Shown: positions 1 to 15,000 of the stretch, piece after piece
How the letters are laid out: every line of letters starts with the position of its first letter
Position numbering within the stretch: the stretch's first letter is position 1
Assembly: GCF_044704955.1 (NCBI RefSeq)
Contig: NC_091995.1
Location: forward strand, 53,878,001 to 53,942,000
DNA length: 64,000 nt
Direction: 5' to 3'
Origin: Pristiophorus japonicus
Lineage: Eukaryota
Translations under genes and position numbers: made by a program
Notes under the pieces: generated by a model
Told to the model about the DNA's origin: nothing
Database searches by the model: none
The model's input: only the letters and a program-made list of their open reading frames with translations

Positions 1-3000
1 ACTCTCTGTCCTGTGACAGTTTGAACTGGTGCTCTCCACTCTCTGTCCTGTGACAGTTGGAACTGGTGCTCTCCATCTCTCTCCTGTGACAGTTTGAACT
101 GGTGCTCTCCACTCTCTGTCCTGTGACAGTTTGAACTGGTGCTCTCCACTCTCTGTCCTGTGACTGTTTGAACTGGTGCTCTCCACTCTCCCGTCCTGTG
201 ACAGTTTGAACTGATGCTCTCCACTCTCGGTCCTGTGACAGTTTGAACTGGTGCTCTCCACTCTCCCGTCCTGTGACAGTTTGAACTGGTGCTCTCCACT
301 CTCTGTCCTGTGACAGTTTGAACTGGTGTTCCCCACTCTCTGTCCTGTGACAGTTTGAACTGATGCTCTCCACTCTCTGTCCTGTGACAGTGTGAACTGG
401 TGCTCTCCACTCTCTGTCCTGTGACAGTGGGAACTGGTGCTCTCCACTCTCTGTCCTGTGACAGTGTGAACTGGTGCTCTCCACTCTCTGTCCTGTGACA
501 GTTTGAACTGGTGCTCTCCACTCTCTGTCCTGTGACAGTTTGAACTGGTGCTGTCCACTCTCTGTCCTGTGACAGTTTGAACTGGTGCTCTCCACTCTCC
601 CGTCCTGTGACAGTTTGAACTGGTGCTCTCCACTCTCTGTCCTGTGACAGTGGGAACTGGTGCTCTCCACTCTCTGTCCTGTGACAGTTGGAACTGGTGC
701 TCTCCACTCTCTGTCCTGTGACAGTTTGAACTGGTGCTCTCCACTCTCTGTCCTGTGACAGTTGGAACTGGTGCTCTCCACTCTCCCGTCCTGTGACAGT
801 GTGAACTGGTGCTCTCACTCTCTGTCCTGTGACAGTTTGAACTGGTGCTCTCCACTCTCTGTCCTGTGACAGTTTGAACTGGTGCTCTCCACTCTCTGTC
901 CTGTGACAGTGTGAACTGGTGCTCTCCACTCTCTGTCCTGTGACAGTTTGAACTGGTGCTCTCCACTCTCCCGTCCTGTGACAGTTTGAACTGGTGCTCT
1001 CCACTCTCCCGTCCTGTGACAGTTTGAACTGGTGCTCTCCACTCTCTGTCCTGTGACAGTTGGAACTGGTGCTCTCCACTCTCTGTCCTGTGACAGTTGG
1101 AACTGGTGCGCTCCATCTCTCTCCTGTGACAGTTTGAACTGGTGCTCTCCACTCTCTGTCCTGTGACAGTTTGAACTGGTGCTCTCCACTCTCTCTCCTG
1201 TGATAGTTTGAACTGGTGTTCTCCACTCTCCCGTCCTGTGACAGTTTGAACTGGTGCTCTCCACTCTCTGTCCTGTGACAGTTTGAACTGGTGCTCTCCA
1301 CTCTCTGTCCTGTGACAGTTTGAACTGGTGCTCTCCACTCTCTCTCCTGTGATAGTTTGAACTGGTGCTCTCCACTCTCTGTCCTGTGACAGTTTGAACT
1401 GGTGCTCTCCACTCTCTCTCCTGTGACAGTTGGAACTGGTGCTCTCCACTCTCTGTCCTGTGACAGTGTGAACTGGTGCTCTCCACTCTCTGTCCTGTGA
1501 CAGTGTGAACTGGTGCTCTCCACTCTCCCGTCCTGTGACAGTTTGAACTGGTGCTCCCCACTCTCCCGTCCTGTGACAGTTTGAACTGGTGCTCTCCACT
1601 CTCTGTCCTGTGACAGTTTGAACTGGTGCTCTCCACTCTCTGTCCTGTGACAGTTGGAACTGGTGCTCTCCATCTCTCTCCTGTGACAGTTTGAACTGGT
1701 GCTCTCCACTCTCTGTCCTGTGACAGTTTGAACTGGTGCTCTCCACTCTCTGTCCTGTGACTGTTTGAACTGGTGCTCTCCACTCTCCCGTCCTGTGACA
1801 GTTTGAACTGATGCTCTCCACTCTCGGTCCTGTGACAGTTTGAACTGGTGCTCTCCACTCTCCCGTCCTGTGACAGTTTGAACTGGTGCTCTCCACTCTC
1901 TGTCCTGTGACAGTTTGAACTGGTGTTCCCCACTCTCTGTCCTGTGACAGTTTGAACTGATGCTCTCCACTCTCTGTCCTGTGACAGTGTGAACTGGTGC
2001 TCTCCACTCTCTGTCCTGTGACAGTGGGAACTGGTGCTCTCCACTCTCTGTCCTGTGACAGTGTGAACTGGTGCTCTCCACTCTCTGTCCTGTGACAGTT
2101 TGAACTGGTGCTCTCCACTCTCTGTCCTGTGACAGTTTGAACTGGTGCTGTCCACTCTCTGTCCTGTGACAGTTTGAACTGGTGCTCTCCACTCTCCCGT
2201 CCTGTGACAGTTTGAACTGGTGCTCTCCACTCTCTGTCCTGTGACAGTGGGAACTGGTGCTCTCCACTCTCTGTCCTGTGACAGTTGGAACTGGTGCTCT
2301 CCACTCTCTGTCCTGTGACAGTTTGAACTGGTGCTCTCCACTCTCTGTCCTGTGACAGTTGGAACTGGTGCTCTCCACTCTCCCGTCCTGTGACAGTGTG
2401 AACTGGTGCTCTCACTCTCTGTCCTGTGACAGTTTGAACTGGTGCTCTCCACTCTCTGTCCTGTGACAGTTTGAACTGGTGCTCTCCACTCTCTGTCCTG
2501 TGACAGTGTGAACTGGTGCTCTCCACTCTCTGTCCTGTGACAGTTTGAACTGGTGCTCTCCACTCTCCCGTCCTGTGACAGTTTGAACTGGTGCTCTCCA
2601 CTCTCCCGTCCTGTGACAGTTTGAACTGGTGCTCTCCACTCTCTGTCCTGTGACAGTTGGAACTGGTGCTCTCCACTCTCTGTCCTGTGACAGTTGGAAC
2701 TGGTGCGCTCCATCTCTCTCCTGTGACAGTTTGAACTGGTGCTCTCCACTCTCTGTCCTGTGACAGTTTGAACTGGTGCTCTCCACTCTCTCTCCTGTGA
2801 TAGTTTGAACTGGTGTTCTCCACTCTCCCGTCCTGTGACAGTTTGAACTGGTGCTCTCCACTCTCTGTCCTGTGACAGTTTGAACTGGTGCTCTCCACTC
2901 TCTGTCCTGTGACAGTTTGAACTGGTGCTCTCCACTCTCTCTCCTGTGATAGTTTGAACTGGTGCTCTCCACTCTCTGTCCTGTGACAGTTTGAACTGGT

Positions 3001-6000
3001 GCTCTCCACTCTCTCTCCTGTGACAGTTGGAACTGGTGCTCTCCACTCTCTGTCCTGTGACAGTTTGAACTGGTGCTCTCCACTCTCTGTCCTGTGATAG
3101 TTTGAACTGGTGCTCTCCACTCTCTGTCCTGTGACAGTTTGAACTGGTGCTCTCCACTCTCTCTCCTGTGACAGTTGGAACTGGTGCTCTCCATCTCTCT
3201 GTCCTGAGATAGTTTGAACTGGTGCTCTCCACTCTCGGTCCTGTGACAGTTTGAACTGGTGCTCTCCACTCTCTGTCCTGTGATAGTTTGAACTGGTGCT
3301 CTCCACTCTCTGTCCTGTGACAGTTTGAACTGGTGCTCTCCACTCTCTCTCCTGTGACAGTTGGAACTGGTGCTCTCCACTCTCTGTCCTGTGACAGTTT
3401 GAACTGGTGCTCTCCACTCTCTGTCCTGTGACAGTTTGAACTGGTGCTCTCCACTCTCTGTCCTGTGACAGTTTGAACTGGTGCTCTCCACTCTCTGTCC
3501 TGTGACAGTTGGAACTGGTGCTCTCCACTCTCCCGTCCTGTGACAGTTGGAACTGGTGCTCTCCACTCTCTGTCCTGTGACAGTTAGAACTGGTGCTCTC
3601 CACTCTCTGTCCTGTGACAGTTGGAACTGGTGCTCTCCACTCTCTGTCCTGTGACAGTTTGAACTGGTGCTCTCCACTCTCTGTCCTGTGACAGTTAGAA
3701 CTGCTGCTCTCCACTCTCTGTCCTGTGACAGTTTGAACTGGTGCTCTCCACTGTCTGTCCTGTGACAGTTGGAACTGGTGCTCTCCACTCTCTGTCCTGA
3801 GACAGTTGGACCTGGTGCTCTCCACTCTCTGTCCTGTGACAGTTTGAACTGGTGCTCTCCACTCTCTGTCCTGTGACAGTTTGAACTGGTGCTCTCCACT
3901 CTCTGTCCTGTGACAGTGTGAACTGGTGCTCTCCACTCTCTGACATGCGACAGTGTGAACTGGTGCTCTCCACTCTCTGTCCTGTGACAGTTTGAACTGG
4001 TGCTGTCCACTCTCTGTCCTGTGACAGTTTGAACTGGTGCTCTCCACTCTCTGTCCTGTGACAGTTTGAACTGGTGCTCTCCACTCTCCCGTCCTGTGAC
4101 AGTTTGAACTGGTGCTCTCCACTCTCTGTCCTGTGACAGTTGGAACTGGTGCTCTCCATCTCTCTCCTGTGACAGTTTGAACTGGTGCTCTCCACTCTCT
4201 GTCCTGCGACAGTTTGAACTGGTGCTCTCCACTCTCCCGTCCTGTGACAGTTTGAACTGGTGCTCTCCACTCTCTGTCCTGTGACAGTTAGAACTGGTGC
4301 TCTCCACTCTCTGTCCTGTGACAGTTTGAACTGGTGCTCTCCACTCTCTGTCCTGTGACAGTTTGAACTGGTGCTCTCCACTCTCTGTCCTGTGACAGTT
4401 GGAACTGGTGCTCTCCATCTCTCTCCTGTGACAGTTTGAACTGGTGCTCCCCACTCTCTGTCCTGTGACAGTTTGAACTGGTGCTCTCCACTCTCTGTCC
4501 TGTGACAGTTTGAACTGGTGCTCTCCACTCTCTGTCCTGTGACAGTTTGAACTGGTGTTCTCCACTCTATGTCCTTTGACAGTTTGAACTGGTGCTCTCC
4601 ACTCTCTGTCCTGTGATAGTTTGAACTGGTGCTCTCCACTCTCTGTCCTGTGACAGTTTGAACTGGTGTTCTCCACTCTATGTCCTGTGACAGTTTGAAC
4701 TGGTGCTCTCCACTCTCTGTCCTGTGACAGTGTGAACTGGTGCTCTCCACTCTCTGTCCTGTGACAGTGTGAACTGGTGCTCTCCACTCTCCCGTCCTGT
4801 GACAGTTTGAACTGGTGCTCCCCACTCTCCCGTCCTGTGACAGTTTGAACTGGTGCTCTCCACTCTCTGTCCTGTGACAGTTTGAACTGGTGCTCTCCAC
4901 TCTCTGTCCTGTGACAGTTGGAACTGGTGCTCTCCATCTCTCTCCTGTGACAGTTTGAACTGGTGCTCTCCACTCTCTGTCCTGTGACAGTTTGAACTGG
5001 TGCTCTCCACTCTCTGTCCTGTGACAGTTTGAACTGGTGCTCTCCACTCTCCCGTCCTGTGACAGTTTGAACTGATGCTCTCCACTCTCGGTCCTGTGAC
5101 AGTTTGAACTGGTGCTCTCCACTCTCCCGTCCTGTGACAGTTTGAACTGGTGCTCTCCACTCTCTGTCCTGTGACAGTTTGAACTGGTGTTCCCCACTCT
5201 CTGTCCTGTGACAGTTTGAACTGATGCTCTCCACTCTCTGTCCTGTGACAGTGTGAACTGGTGCTCTCCACTCTCTGTCCTGTGACAGTTTGAACTGGTG
5301 CTCTCCACTCTCTGTCCTGTGACAGTTTGAACTGGTGCTGTCCACTCTCTGTCCTGTGACAGTTTGAACTGGTGCTCTCCACTCTCCCGTCCTGTGACAG
5401 TTTGAACTGGTGCTCTCCACTCTCTGTCCTGTGACAGTGGGAACTGGTGCTCTCCACTCTCTGTCCTGTGACAGTTGGAACTGGTGCTCTCCACTCTCTG
5501 TCCTGTGACAGTTTGAACTGGTGCTCTCCACTCTCTGTCCTGTGACAGTTGGAACTGGTGCTCTCCACTCTCCCGTCCTGTGACAGTGTGAACTGGTGCT
5601 CTCACTCTCTGTCCTGTGACAGTTTGAACTGGTGCTCTCCACTCTCTGTCCTGTGACAGTTTGAACTGGTGCTCTCCACTCTCTGTCCTGTGACAGTGTG
5701 AACTGGTGCTCTCCACTCTCTGTCCTGTGACAGTTTGAACTGGTGCTCTCCACTCTCCCGTCCTGTGACAGTTTGAACTGGTGCTCTCCACTCTCCCGTC
5801 CTGTGACAGTTTGAACTGGTGCTCTCCACTCTCTGTCCTGTGACAGTTGGAACTGGTGCTCTCCACTCTCTGTCCTGTGACAGTTGGAACTGGTGCGCTC
5901 CATCTCTCTCCTGTGACAGTTTGAACTGGTGCTCTCCACTCTCTGTCCTGTGACAGTTTGAACTGGTGCTCTCCACTCTCTCTCCTGTGATAGTTTGAAC

Positions 6001-9000
6001 TGGTGTTCTCCACTCTCCCGTCCTGTGACAGTTTGAACTGGTGCTCTCCACTCTCTGTCCTGTGACAGTTTGAACTGGTGCTCTCCACTCTCTGTCCTGT
6101 GACAGTTTGAACTGGTGCTCTCCACTCTCTCTCCTGTGATAGTTTGAACTGGTGCTCTCCACTCTCTGTCCTGTGACAGTTTGAACTGGTGCTCTCCACT
6201 CTCTCTCCTGTGACAGTTGGAACTGGTGCTCTCCACTCTCTGTCCTGTGACAGTTTGAACTGGTGCTCTCCACTCTCTGTCCTGTGACAGTTTGAACTGG
6301 TGCTCTCCACTCTCTGTCCTGTGACAGTTTGACTGGTGCTCTCCACTCTCTCTCCTGTGACAGTTGGAACTGGTGCTCTCCATCTCTCTGTCCTGTGATA
6401 GTTTGAACTGGTGCTCTCCACTCTCGGTCCTGTGACAGTTTGAACTGGTGCTCTCCACTCTCTGTCCTGTGATAGTTTGAACTGGTGCTCTCCACTCTCT
6501 GTCCTGTGACAGTTTGAACTGGTGCTCTCCACTCTCTCTCCTGTGACAGTTGGAACTGGTGCTCTCCACTCTCTGTCCTGTGACAGTTTGAACTGGTGCT
6601 CTCCACTCTCTGTCCTGTGACAGTTTGAACTGGTGCTCTCCACTCTCTGTCCTGTGACAGTTTGAACTGGTGCTCTCCACTCTCTGTCCTGTGACAGTTG
6701 GAACTGGTGCTCTCCACTCTCCCGTCCTGTGACAGTTGGAACTGGTGCTCTCCACTCTCTGTCCTGTGACAGTTAGAACTGGTGCTCTCCACTCTCTGTC
6801 CTGTGACAGTTGGAACTGGTGCTCTCCACTCTCTGTCCTGTGACAGTTTGAACTGGTGCTCTCCACTCTCTGTCCTGTGACAGTTAGAACTGCTGCTCTC
6901 CACTCTCTGTCCTGTGACAGTTTGAACTGGTGCTCTCCACTGTCTGTCCTGTGACAGTTGGAACTGGTGCTCTCCACTCTCTGTCCTGAGACAGTTGGAA
7001 CTGGTGCTCTCCACTCTCCCGTCCTGTGACAGTTTGAACTGGTGCTCTCCACTCTCCCATCCTGTGACAGTTGGAACTGGTGCTCTCCACTCTCCCGTCC
7101 TGTGACAGTTTGAACTGGTGCTCTCCACTCTCTGTCCTGTGACAGTTTGAACTGGTGCTCTCCACTCTCTGTCCTGTGACAATTTGAACTGGTGCTCTCC
7201 ACTCTCTCTCCTGTGACAGTTTGAACTGGTGCTCTCCACTCTCTGTCCTGTGACAGTGTGAACTGGTGCTCTCCACTCTCTGTCCTGTGACAGTGTGAAC
7301 TGGTGCTCTCCACTCTCCCGTCCTGTGACAGTTTGAACTGGTGCTCCCCACTCTCCCGTCCTGTGACAGTTTGAACTGGTGCTCTCCACTCTCTGTCCTG
7401 TGACAGTTTGAACTGGTGCTCTCCACTCTCTGTCCTGTGACAGTTGGAACTGGTGCTCTCCATCTCTCTCCTGTGACAGTTTGAACTGGTGCTCTCCACT
7501 CTCTGTCCTGTGACAGTTTGAACTGGTGCTCTCCACTCTCTGTCCTGTGACAGTTTGAACTGGTGCTCTTCACTCTCCCGTCCTGTGACAGTTTGAACTG
7601 ATGCTCTCCACTCTCGGTCCTGTGACAGTTTGAACTGGTGCTCTCCACTCTCCCGTCCTGTGACAGTTTGAACTGGTGCTCTCCACTCTCTGTCCTGTGA
7701 CAGTTTGAACTGGTGCTATCCACGCTCTGTCCTGTGACAGTTGGAACTGGTGCTCTCCACTCTCCCGTCCTGTGACAGTGTGAACTGGTGCTCTCCACTC
7801 TCTGTCCTGTGACAGTTTGAACTGGTGCTCTCCACTCTCTGTCCTGTGACAGTGTGAACTGGTGCTCTCCACTCTCTGACATGCGACAGTGTGAACTGGT
7901 GCTCTCCACTCTCTGTCCTGTGACAGTTTGAACTGGTGCTCTCCACTCTCTGTCCTGTGACAGTTTGAACTGGTGCTCTCCACTCTCTGTCCTGTGACAG
8001 TTTGAACTGGTGCTCTCCACTCTCCCGTCCTGTGACAGTTTGAACTGGTGCTCTCCACTCTCTGTCCTGTGACAGTTGGAACTGGTGCTCTCCACTCTCT
8101 GTCCTGTGACAGTTGGAACTGGTGCTCTCCATCTCTCTCCTGTGACAGTTTGAACTGGTGCTCTCCACTCTCTGTCCTGCGACAGTTTGAACTGGTGCTC
8201 TCCACTCTCCCGTCCTGTGACAGTTTGAACTGGTGCTCTCCACTCTCTGTCCTGTGACAGTTAGAACTGGTGCTCTCCACTCTCTGTCCTGTGACAGTTT
8301 GAACTGGTGCTCTCCACTCTCTGTCCTGTGACAGTTTGAACTGGTGCTCTCCACTCTCTGTCCTGTGACAGTTGGAACTGGTGCTCTCCATCTCTCTCCT
8401 GTGACAGTTTGAACTGGTGCTCCCCACTCTCTGTCCTGTGACAGTTTGAACTGGTGCTCTCCACTCTCTGTCCTGTGACAGTTTGAACTGGTGCTCTCCA
8501 CTCTCTGTCCTGTGACAGTTTGAACTGGTGTTCTCCACTCTATGTCCTGTGACAGTTTGAACTGGTGCTCTCCACTCTCTGTCCTGTGACAGTTTGAACT
8601 GGTGCTCTCCACTCTCTGTCCTGTGACAGTTTGAACTGGTGTTCTCCACTCTATGTCCTGTGACAGTTTGAACTGGTGCTCTCCACTCTCTGTCCTGTGA
8701 CAGTGTGAACTGGTGCTCTCCACTCTCTGTCCTGTGACAGTGTGAACTGGTGCTCTCCACTCTCCCGTCCTGTGACAGTTTGAACTGGTGCTCCCCACTC
8801 TCCCGTCCTGTGACAGTTTGAACTGGTGCTCTCCACTCTCTGTCCTGTGACAGTTTGAACTGATGCTCTCCACTCTCTGTCCTGTGACAGTGTGAACTGG
8901 TGCTCTCCACTCTCTGTCCTGTGACAGTTGGAACTGGTACTCTCCACTCTCTGTCCTGCGACAGTGTGAACTGGTGCTCTCCACTCTCTGTCCTGTGACA

Positions 9001-12000
9001 GTTTGAAATGGTGCTCTCCACTCTCTGTCCTGTGACAGTTTGAACTGGTGCTGTCCACTCTCTGTCCTGTGACAGTTTGAACTGGTGCTCTCCACTCTCC
9101 CGTCCTGTGACAGTTTGAACTGGTGCTCTCCACTCTCTGTCCTGTGACAGTGGGAACTGGTGCTCTCCACTCTCTGTCCTGTGACAGTTTGAACTGGTGC
9201 TCTCCACTCTCTGTCCTGTGACAGTTTGAACTGGTGCTCTCCACTCTCTGTCCTGTGACAGTTGGAACTGGTGCTCTCCACTCTCCCGTCCTGTGACAGT
9301 GTGAACTGGTGCTCTCCACTCTCTGTCCTGTGACAGTTTGAACTGGTGCTCTCCACTCTCTGTCCTGTGACAGTTTGAACTGGTGCTCTCCACTCTCTGT
9401 CCTGTGACAGTGTGAACTGGTGCTCTCCACTCTCTGTCCTGTGACAGTTTGAACTGGTGCTCTCCACTCTCCCGTCCTGTGACAGTTTGAACTGGTGCTC
9501 TCCACTCTCCCGTCCTGTGACAGTTTGAACTGGTGCTCTCCACTCTCTGTCCTGTGACAGTTGGAACTGGTGCTCTCCACTCTCTGTCCTGTGACAGTTG
9601 GAACTGGTGCTCTCCATCTCTCTCCTGTGACAGTTTGAACTGGTGCTCTCCACTCTCTGTCCTGCGACAGTTTGAACTGGTGCTCTCCACTCTCCCGTCC
9701 TGTGATAGTTTGAACTGGTGCTCTCCACTCTCTGTCCTGTGACAGTTTGAACTGGTGCTCTCCACACTCTGTCCTGTGACAGTTGGAACTGGTGCTCTCC
9801 ACTCTCTGTCCTGTGACAGTTTGAACTTGTGCTCTCCACTCTCTGTCCTGTGACAGTTTGAACTGGTGCTCTCCACTCTCTGTCCTGTGACAGTTTGAAC
9901 TGGTGCTCTCCACTCTCTGTCCTGTGACAGTTTGAACTGGTGCTCTCCACTCTCCCGTCCTGTGACAGTGGGAACTGGTGCTCTCCACTCTCTGTCCTGT
10001 GACAGTTGGAACTGGTGCTCTCCACTCTCTGTCCTGTGACAGTTGGAACTGGTGCTCTCCATCTCTCTGTCCTGTGACAGTTTGAACTGGTGCTCTCCAC
10101 TCTCTGTCCTGTGACAGTTGGAACTGGTGCTCTCCACTCTCCCGTCCTGTGACAGTGTGAACTGGTGCTCTCCACTCTCTGTCCTGTGACAGTTTGAACT
10201 GGTGCTCTCCACTCTCTGTCCTGTGACAGTTTGAACTGGTGCTCTCCACTCTCTGTCCTGTGACAGTGTGAACTGGTGCTCTCCACTCTCTGTCCTGTGA
10301 CAGTTTGAACTGGTGCTCTCCACTCTCCCGTCCTGTGACAGTTTGAACTGGTGCTCTCCACTCTCCCGTCCTGTGACAGTTTGAACTGGTGCTCTCCACT
10401 CTCTGTCCTGTGACAGTTGGAACTGGTGCTCTCCACTCTCTGTCCTGTGACAGTTGGAACTGGTGCTCTCCACTCTCTGTCCTGTGACAGTTTGAACTGG
10501 TGCTCTCCACTCTCCCGTCCTGTGACAGTTTGAACTGGTGCTCTCCACTCTCTGTCCTGTGACAGTTGGAACTGGTGCTCTCCACTCTCTGTCCTGTGAC
10601 AGTTGGAACTGGTGCTCTCCACTCTCCCGTCCTGTGACAGTTTGAACTGGTGCTCTCCACTCTCTGTCCTGTGACAGTTTGAACTGGTGCTCTCCACTCT
10701 CTGTCCTGTGACAGTTTGAACTGGTGCTCTCCATCTCTCTCCTGTGACAGTTTGAACTGGTGCTCTCCACTCTCTGTCCTGCGACAGTTTGAACTGGTGC
10801 TCTCCACTCTCCCGTCCTGTGATAGTTTGAACTGGTGCTCTCCACTCTCTGTCCTGTGACAGTTTGAACTGGTGCTCTCCACACTCTGTCCTGTGACAGT
10901 TGGAACTGGTGCTCTCCACTCTCTGTCCTGTGACAGTTTGAACTTGTGCTCTCCACTCTCTGTCCTGTGACAGTTTGAACTGGTGCTCTCCACTCTCTGT
11001 CCTGTGACAGTTTGAACTGGTGCTCTCCACTCTCTGTCCTGTGACAGTTTGAACTGGTGCTCTCCACTCTCCCGTCCTGTGACAGTGGGAACTGGTGCTC
11101 TCCACTCTCTGTCCTGTGACATTTGGAACTGGTGCTCTCCATCTCTCTCCTGTGACAGTTTGAACTGGTGCTCCCCACTCTCTGTCCTGTGACAGTTTGA
11201 ACTGGTGCTCTCCACTCTCTGTCCTGTGACAGTTTGAACTGGTGCTCTCCACTCTCTGTCCTGTGACAGTTTGAACTGGTGTTCTCCACTCTATGTCCTG
11301 TGACAGTTTGAACTGGTGCTCTCCACTCTCTGTCCTGTGACAGTTTGAACTGGTGCTCTCCACTCTCTGTCCTGTGACAGTTTGAACTGGTGTTCTCCAC
11401 TCTATGTCCTGTGACAGTTTGAACTGGTGCTCTCCACTCTCTGTCCTGTGACAGTTTGAACTGGTGTTCTCCACTCTCTGTCCTGTGACAGTTTGAACTG
11501 GTGTTCTCCACTCTATGTCCTGTGACAGTTTGAACTGGTGCTCTCCACTCTCTGTCCTGTGACAGTGTGAACTGGTGCTCTCCACTCTCTGTCCTGTGAC
11601 AGTGTGAACTGGTGCTCTCCACTCTCCCGTCCTGTGACAGTTTGAACTGGTGCTCCCCACTCTCCCGTCCTGTGACAGTTTGAACTGGTGCTCTCCACTC
11701 TCTGTCCTGTGACAGTTTGAACTGGTGCTCTCCACTCTCTGTCCTGTGACAGTTGGAACTGGTGCTCTCCATCTCTCTCCTGTGACAGTTTGAACTGGTG
11801 CTCTCCACTCTCTGTCCTGTGACAGTTTGAACTGGTGCTCTCCACTCTCTGTCCTGTGACTGTTTGAACTGGTGCTCTCCACTCTCCCGTCCTGTGACAG
11901 TTTGAACTGATGCTCTCCACTCTCGGTCCTGTGACAGTTTGAACTGGTGCTCTCCACTCTCCCGTCCTGTGACAGTTTGAACTGGTGCTCTCCACTCTCT

Positions 12001-15000
12001 GTCCTGTGACAGTTTGAACTGGTGTTCCCCACTCTCTGTCCTGTGACAGTTTGAACTGATGCTCTCCACTCTCTGTCCTGTGACAGTGTGAACTGGTGCT
12101 CTCCACTCTCTGTCCTGTGACAGTGGGAACTGGTGCTCTCCACTCTCTGTCCTGTGACAGTTTGAACTGGTGCTCTCCACTCTCTGTCCTGTGACAGTTG
12201 GAACTGGTGCTCTCCACTCTCTGTCCTGTGACAGTTGGAACTGGTGCTCTCCATCTCTCTCCTGTGACAGTTTGAACTGGTGCTCTCCACTCTCTGTCCT
12301 GCGACAGTTTGAACTGGTGCTCTCCACTCTCCCGTCCTGTGACAGTTTGAACTGGTGCTCTCCACTCTCTGTCCTGTGACAGTTAGAACTGGTGCTCTCC
12401 ACTCTCTGTCCTGTGACAGTTTGAACTGGTGCTCTCCACTCTCTGTCCTGTGACAGTTTGAACTGGTGCTCTCCACTCTCTGTCCTGTGACAGTTGGAAC
12501 TGGTGCTCTCCATCTCTCTCCTGTGACAGTTTGAACTGGTGCTCCCCACTCTCTGTCCTGTGACAGTTTGAACTGGTGCTCTCCACTCTCTGTCCTGTGA
12601 CAGTTTGAACTGGTGCTCTCCACTCTCTGTCCTGTGACAGTTTGAACTGGTGTTCTCCACTCTATGTCCTTTGACAGTTTGAACTGGTGCTCTCCACTCT
12701 CTGTCCTGTGATAGTTTGAACTGGTGCTCTCCACTCTCTGTCCTGTGACAGTTTGAACTGGTGTTCTCCACTCTATGTCCTGTGACAGTTTGAACTGGTG
12801 CTCTCCACTCTCTGTCCTGTGACAGTGTGAACTGGTGCTCTCCACTCTCTGTCCTGTGACAGTGTGAACTGGTGCTCTCCACTCTCCCGTCCTGTGACAG
12901 TTTGAACTGGTGCTCCCCACTCTCCCGTCCTGTGACAGTTTGAACTGGTGCTCTCCACTCTCTGTCCTGTGACAGTTTGAACTGGTGCTCTCCACTCTCT
13001 GTCCTGTGACAGTTGGAACTGGTGCTCTCCATCTCTCTCCTGTGACAGTTTGAACTGGTGCTCTCCACTCTCTGTCCTGTGACAGTTTGAACTGGTGCTC
13101 TCCACTCTCTGTCCTGTGACTGTTTGAACTGGTGCTCTCCACTCTCCCGTCCTGTGACAGTTTGAACTGATGCTCTCCACTCTCGGTCCTGTGACAGTTT
13201 GAACTGGTGCTCTCCACTCTCCCGTCCTGTGACAGTTTGAACTGGTGCTCTCCACTCTCTGTCCTGTGACAGTTTGAACTGGTGTTCCCCACTCTCTGTC
13301 CTGTGACAGTTTGAACTGATGCTCTCCACTCTCTGTCCTGTGACAGTGTGAACTGGTGCTCTCCACTCTCTGTCCTGTGACAGTGGGAACTGGTGCTCTC
13401 CACTCTCTGTCCTGTGACAGTGTGAACTGGTGCTCTCCACTCTCTGTCCTGTGACAGTTTGAACTGGTGCTCTCCACTCTCTGTCCTGTGACAGTTTGAA
13501 CTGGTGCTGTCCACTCTCTGTCCTGTGACAGTTTGAACTGGTGCTCTCCACTCTCCCGTCCTGTGACAGTTTGAACTGGTGCTCTCCACTCTCTGTCCTG
13601 TGACAGTGGGAACTGGTGCTCTCCACTCTCTGTCCTGTGACAGTTGGAACTGGTGCTCTCCACTCTCTGTCCTGTGACAGTTTGAACTGGTGCTCTCCAC
13701 TCTCTGTCCTGTGACAGTTGGAACTGGTGCTCTCCACTCTCCCGTCCTGTGACAGTGTGAACTGGTGCTCTCACTCTCTGTCCTGTGACAGTTTGAACTG
13801 GTGCTCTCCACTCTCTGTCCTGTGACAGTTTGAACTGGTGCTCTCCACTCTCTGTCCTGTGACAGTGTGAACTGGTGCTCTCCACTCTCTGTCCTGTGAC
13901 AGTTTGAACTGGTGCTCTCCACTCTCCCGTCCTGTGACAGTTTGAACTGGTGCTCTCCACTCTCCCGTCCTGTGACAGTTTGAACTGGTGCTCTCCACTC
14001 TCTGTCCTGTGACAGTTGGAACTGGTGCTCTCCACTCTCTGTCCTGTGACAGTTGGAACTGGTGCGCTCCATCTCTCTCCTGTGACAGTTTGAACTGGTG
14101 CTCTCCACTCTCTGTCCTGTGACAGTTTGAACTGGTGCTCTCCACTCTCTCTCCTGTGATAGTTTGAACTGGTGTTCTCCACTCTCCCGTCCTGTGACAG
14201 TTTGAACTGGTGCTCTCCACTCTCTGTCCTGTGACAGTTTGAACTGGTGCTCTCCACTCTCTGTCCTGTGACAGTTTGAACTGGTGCTCTCCACTCTCTC
14301 TCCTGTGATAGTTTGAACTGGTGCTCTCCACTCTCTGTCCTGTGACAGTTTGAACTGGTGCTCTCCACTCTCTCTCCTGTGACAGTTGGAACTGGTGCTC
14401 TCCACTCTCTGTCCTGTGACAGTTTGAACTGGTGCTCTCCACTCTCTGTCCTGTGATAGTTTGAACTGGTGCTCTCCACTCTCTGTCCTGTGACAGTTTG
14501 AACTGGTGCTCTCCACTCTCTCTCCTGTGACAGTTGGAACTGGTGCTCTCCATCTCTCTGTCCTGAGATAGTTTGAACTGGTGCTCTCCACTCTCGGTCC
14601 TGTGACAGTTTGAACTGGTGCTCTCCACTCTCTGTCCTGTGATAGTTTGAACTGGTGCTCTCCACTCTCTGTCCTGTGACAGTTTGAACTGGTGCTCTCC
14701 ACTCTCTCTCCTGTGACAGTTGGAACTGGTGCTCTCCACTCTCTGTCCTGTGACAGTTTGAACTGGTGCTCTCCACTCTCTGTCCTGTGACAGTTTGAAC
14801 TGGTGCTCTCCACTCTCTGTCCTGTGACAGTTTGAACTGGTGCTCTCCACTCTCTGTCCTGTGACAGTTGGAACTGGTGCTCTCCACTCTCCCGTCCTGT
14901 GACAGTTGGAACTGGTGCTCTCCACTCTCTGTCCTGTGACAGTTAGAACTGGTGCTCTCCACTCTCTGTCCTGTGACAGTTGGAACTGGTGCTCTCCACT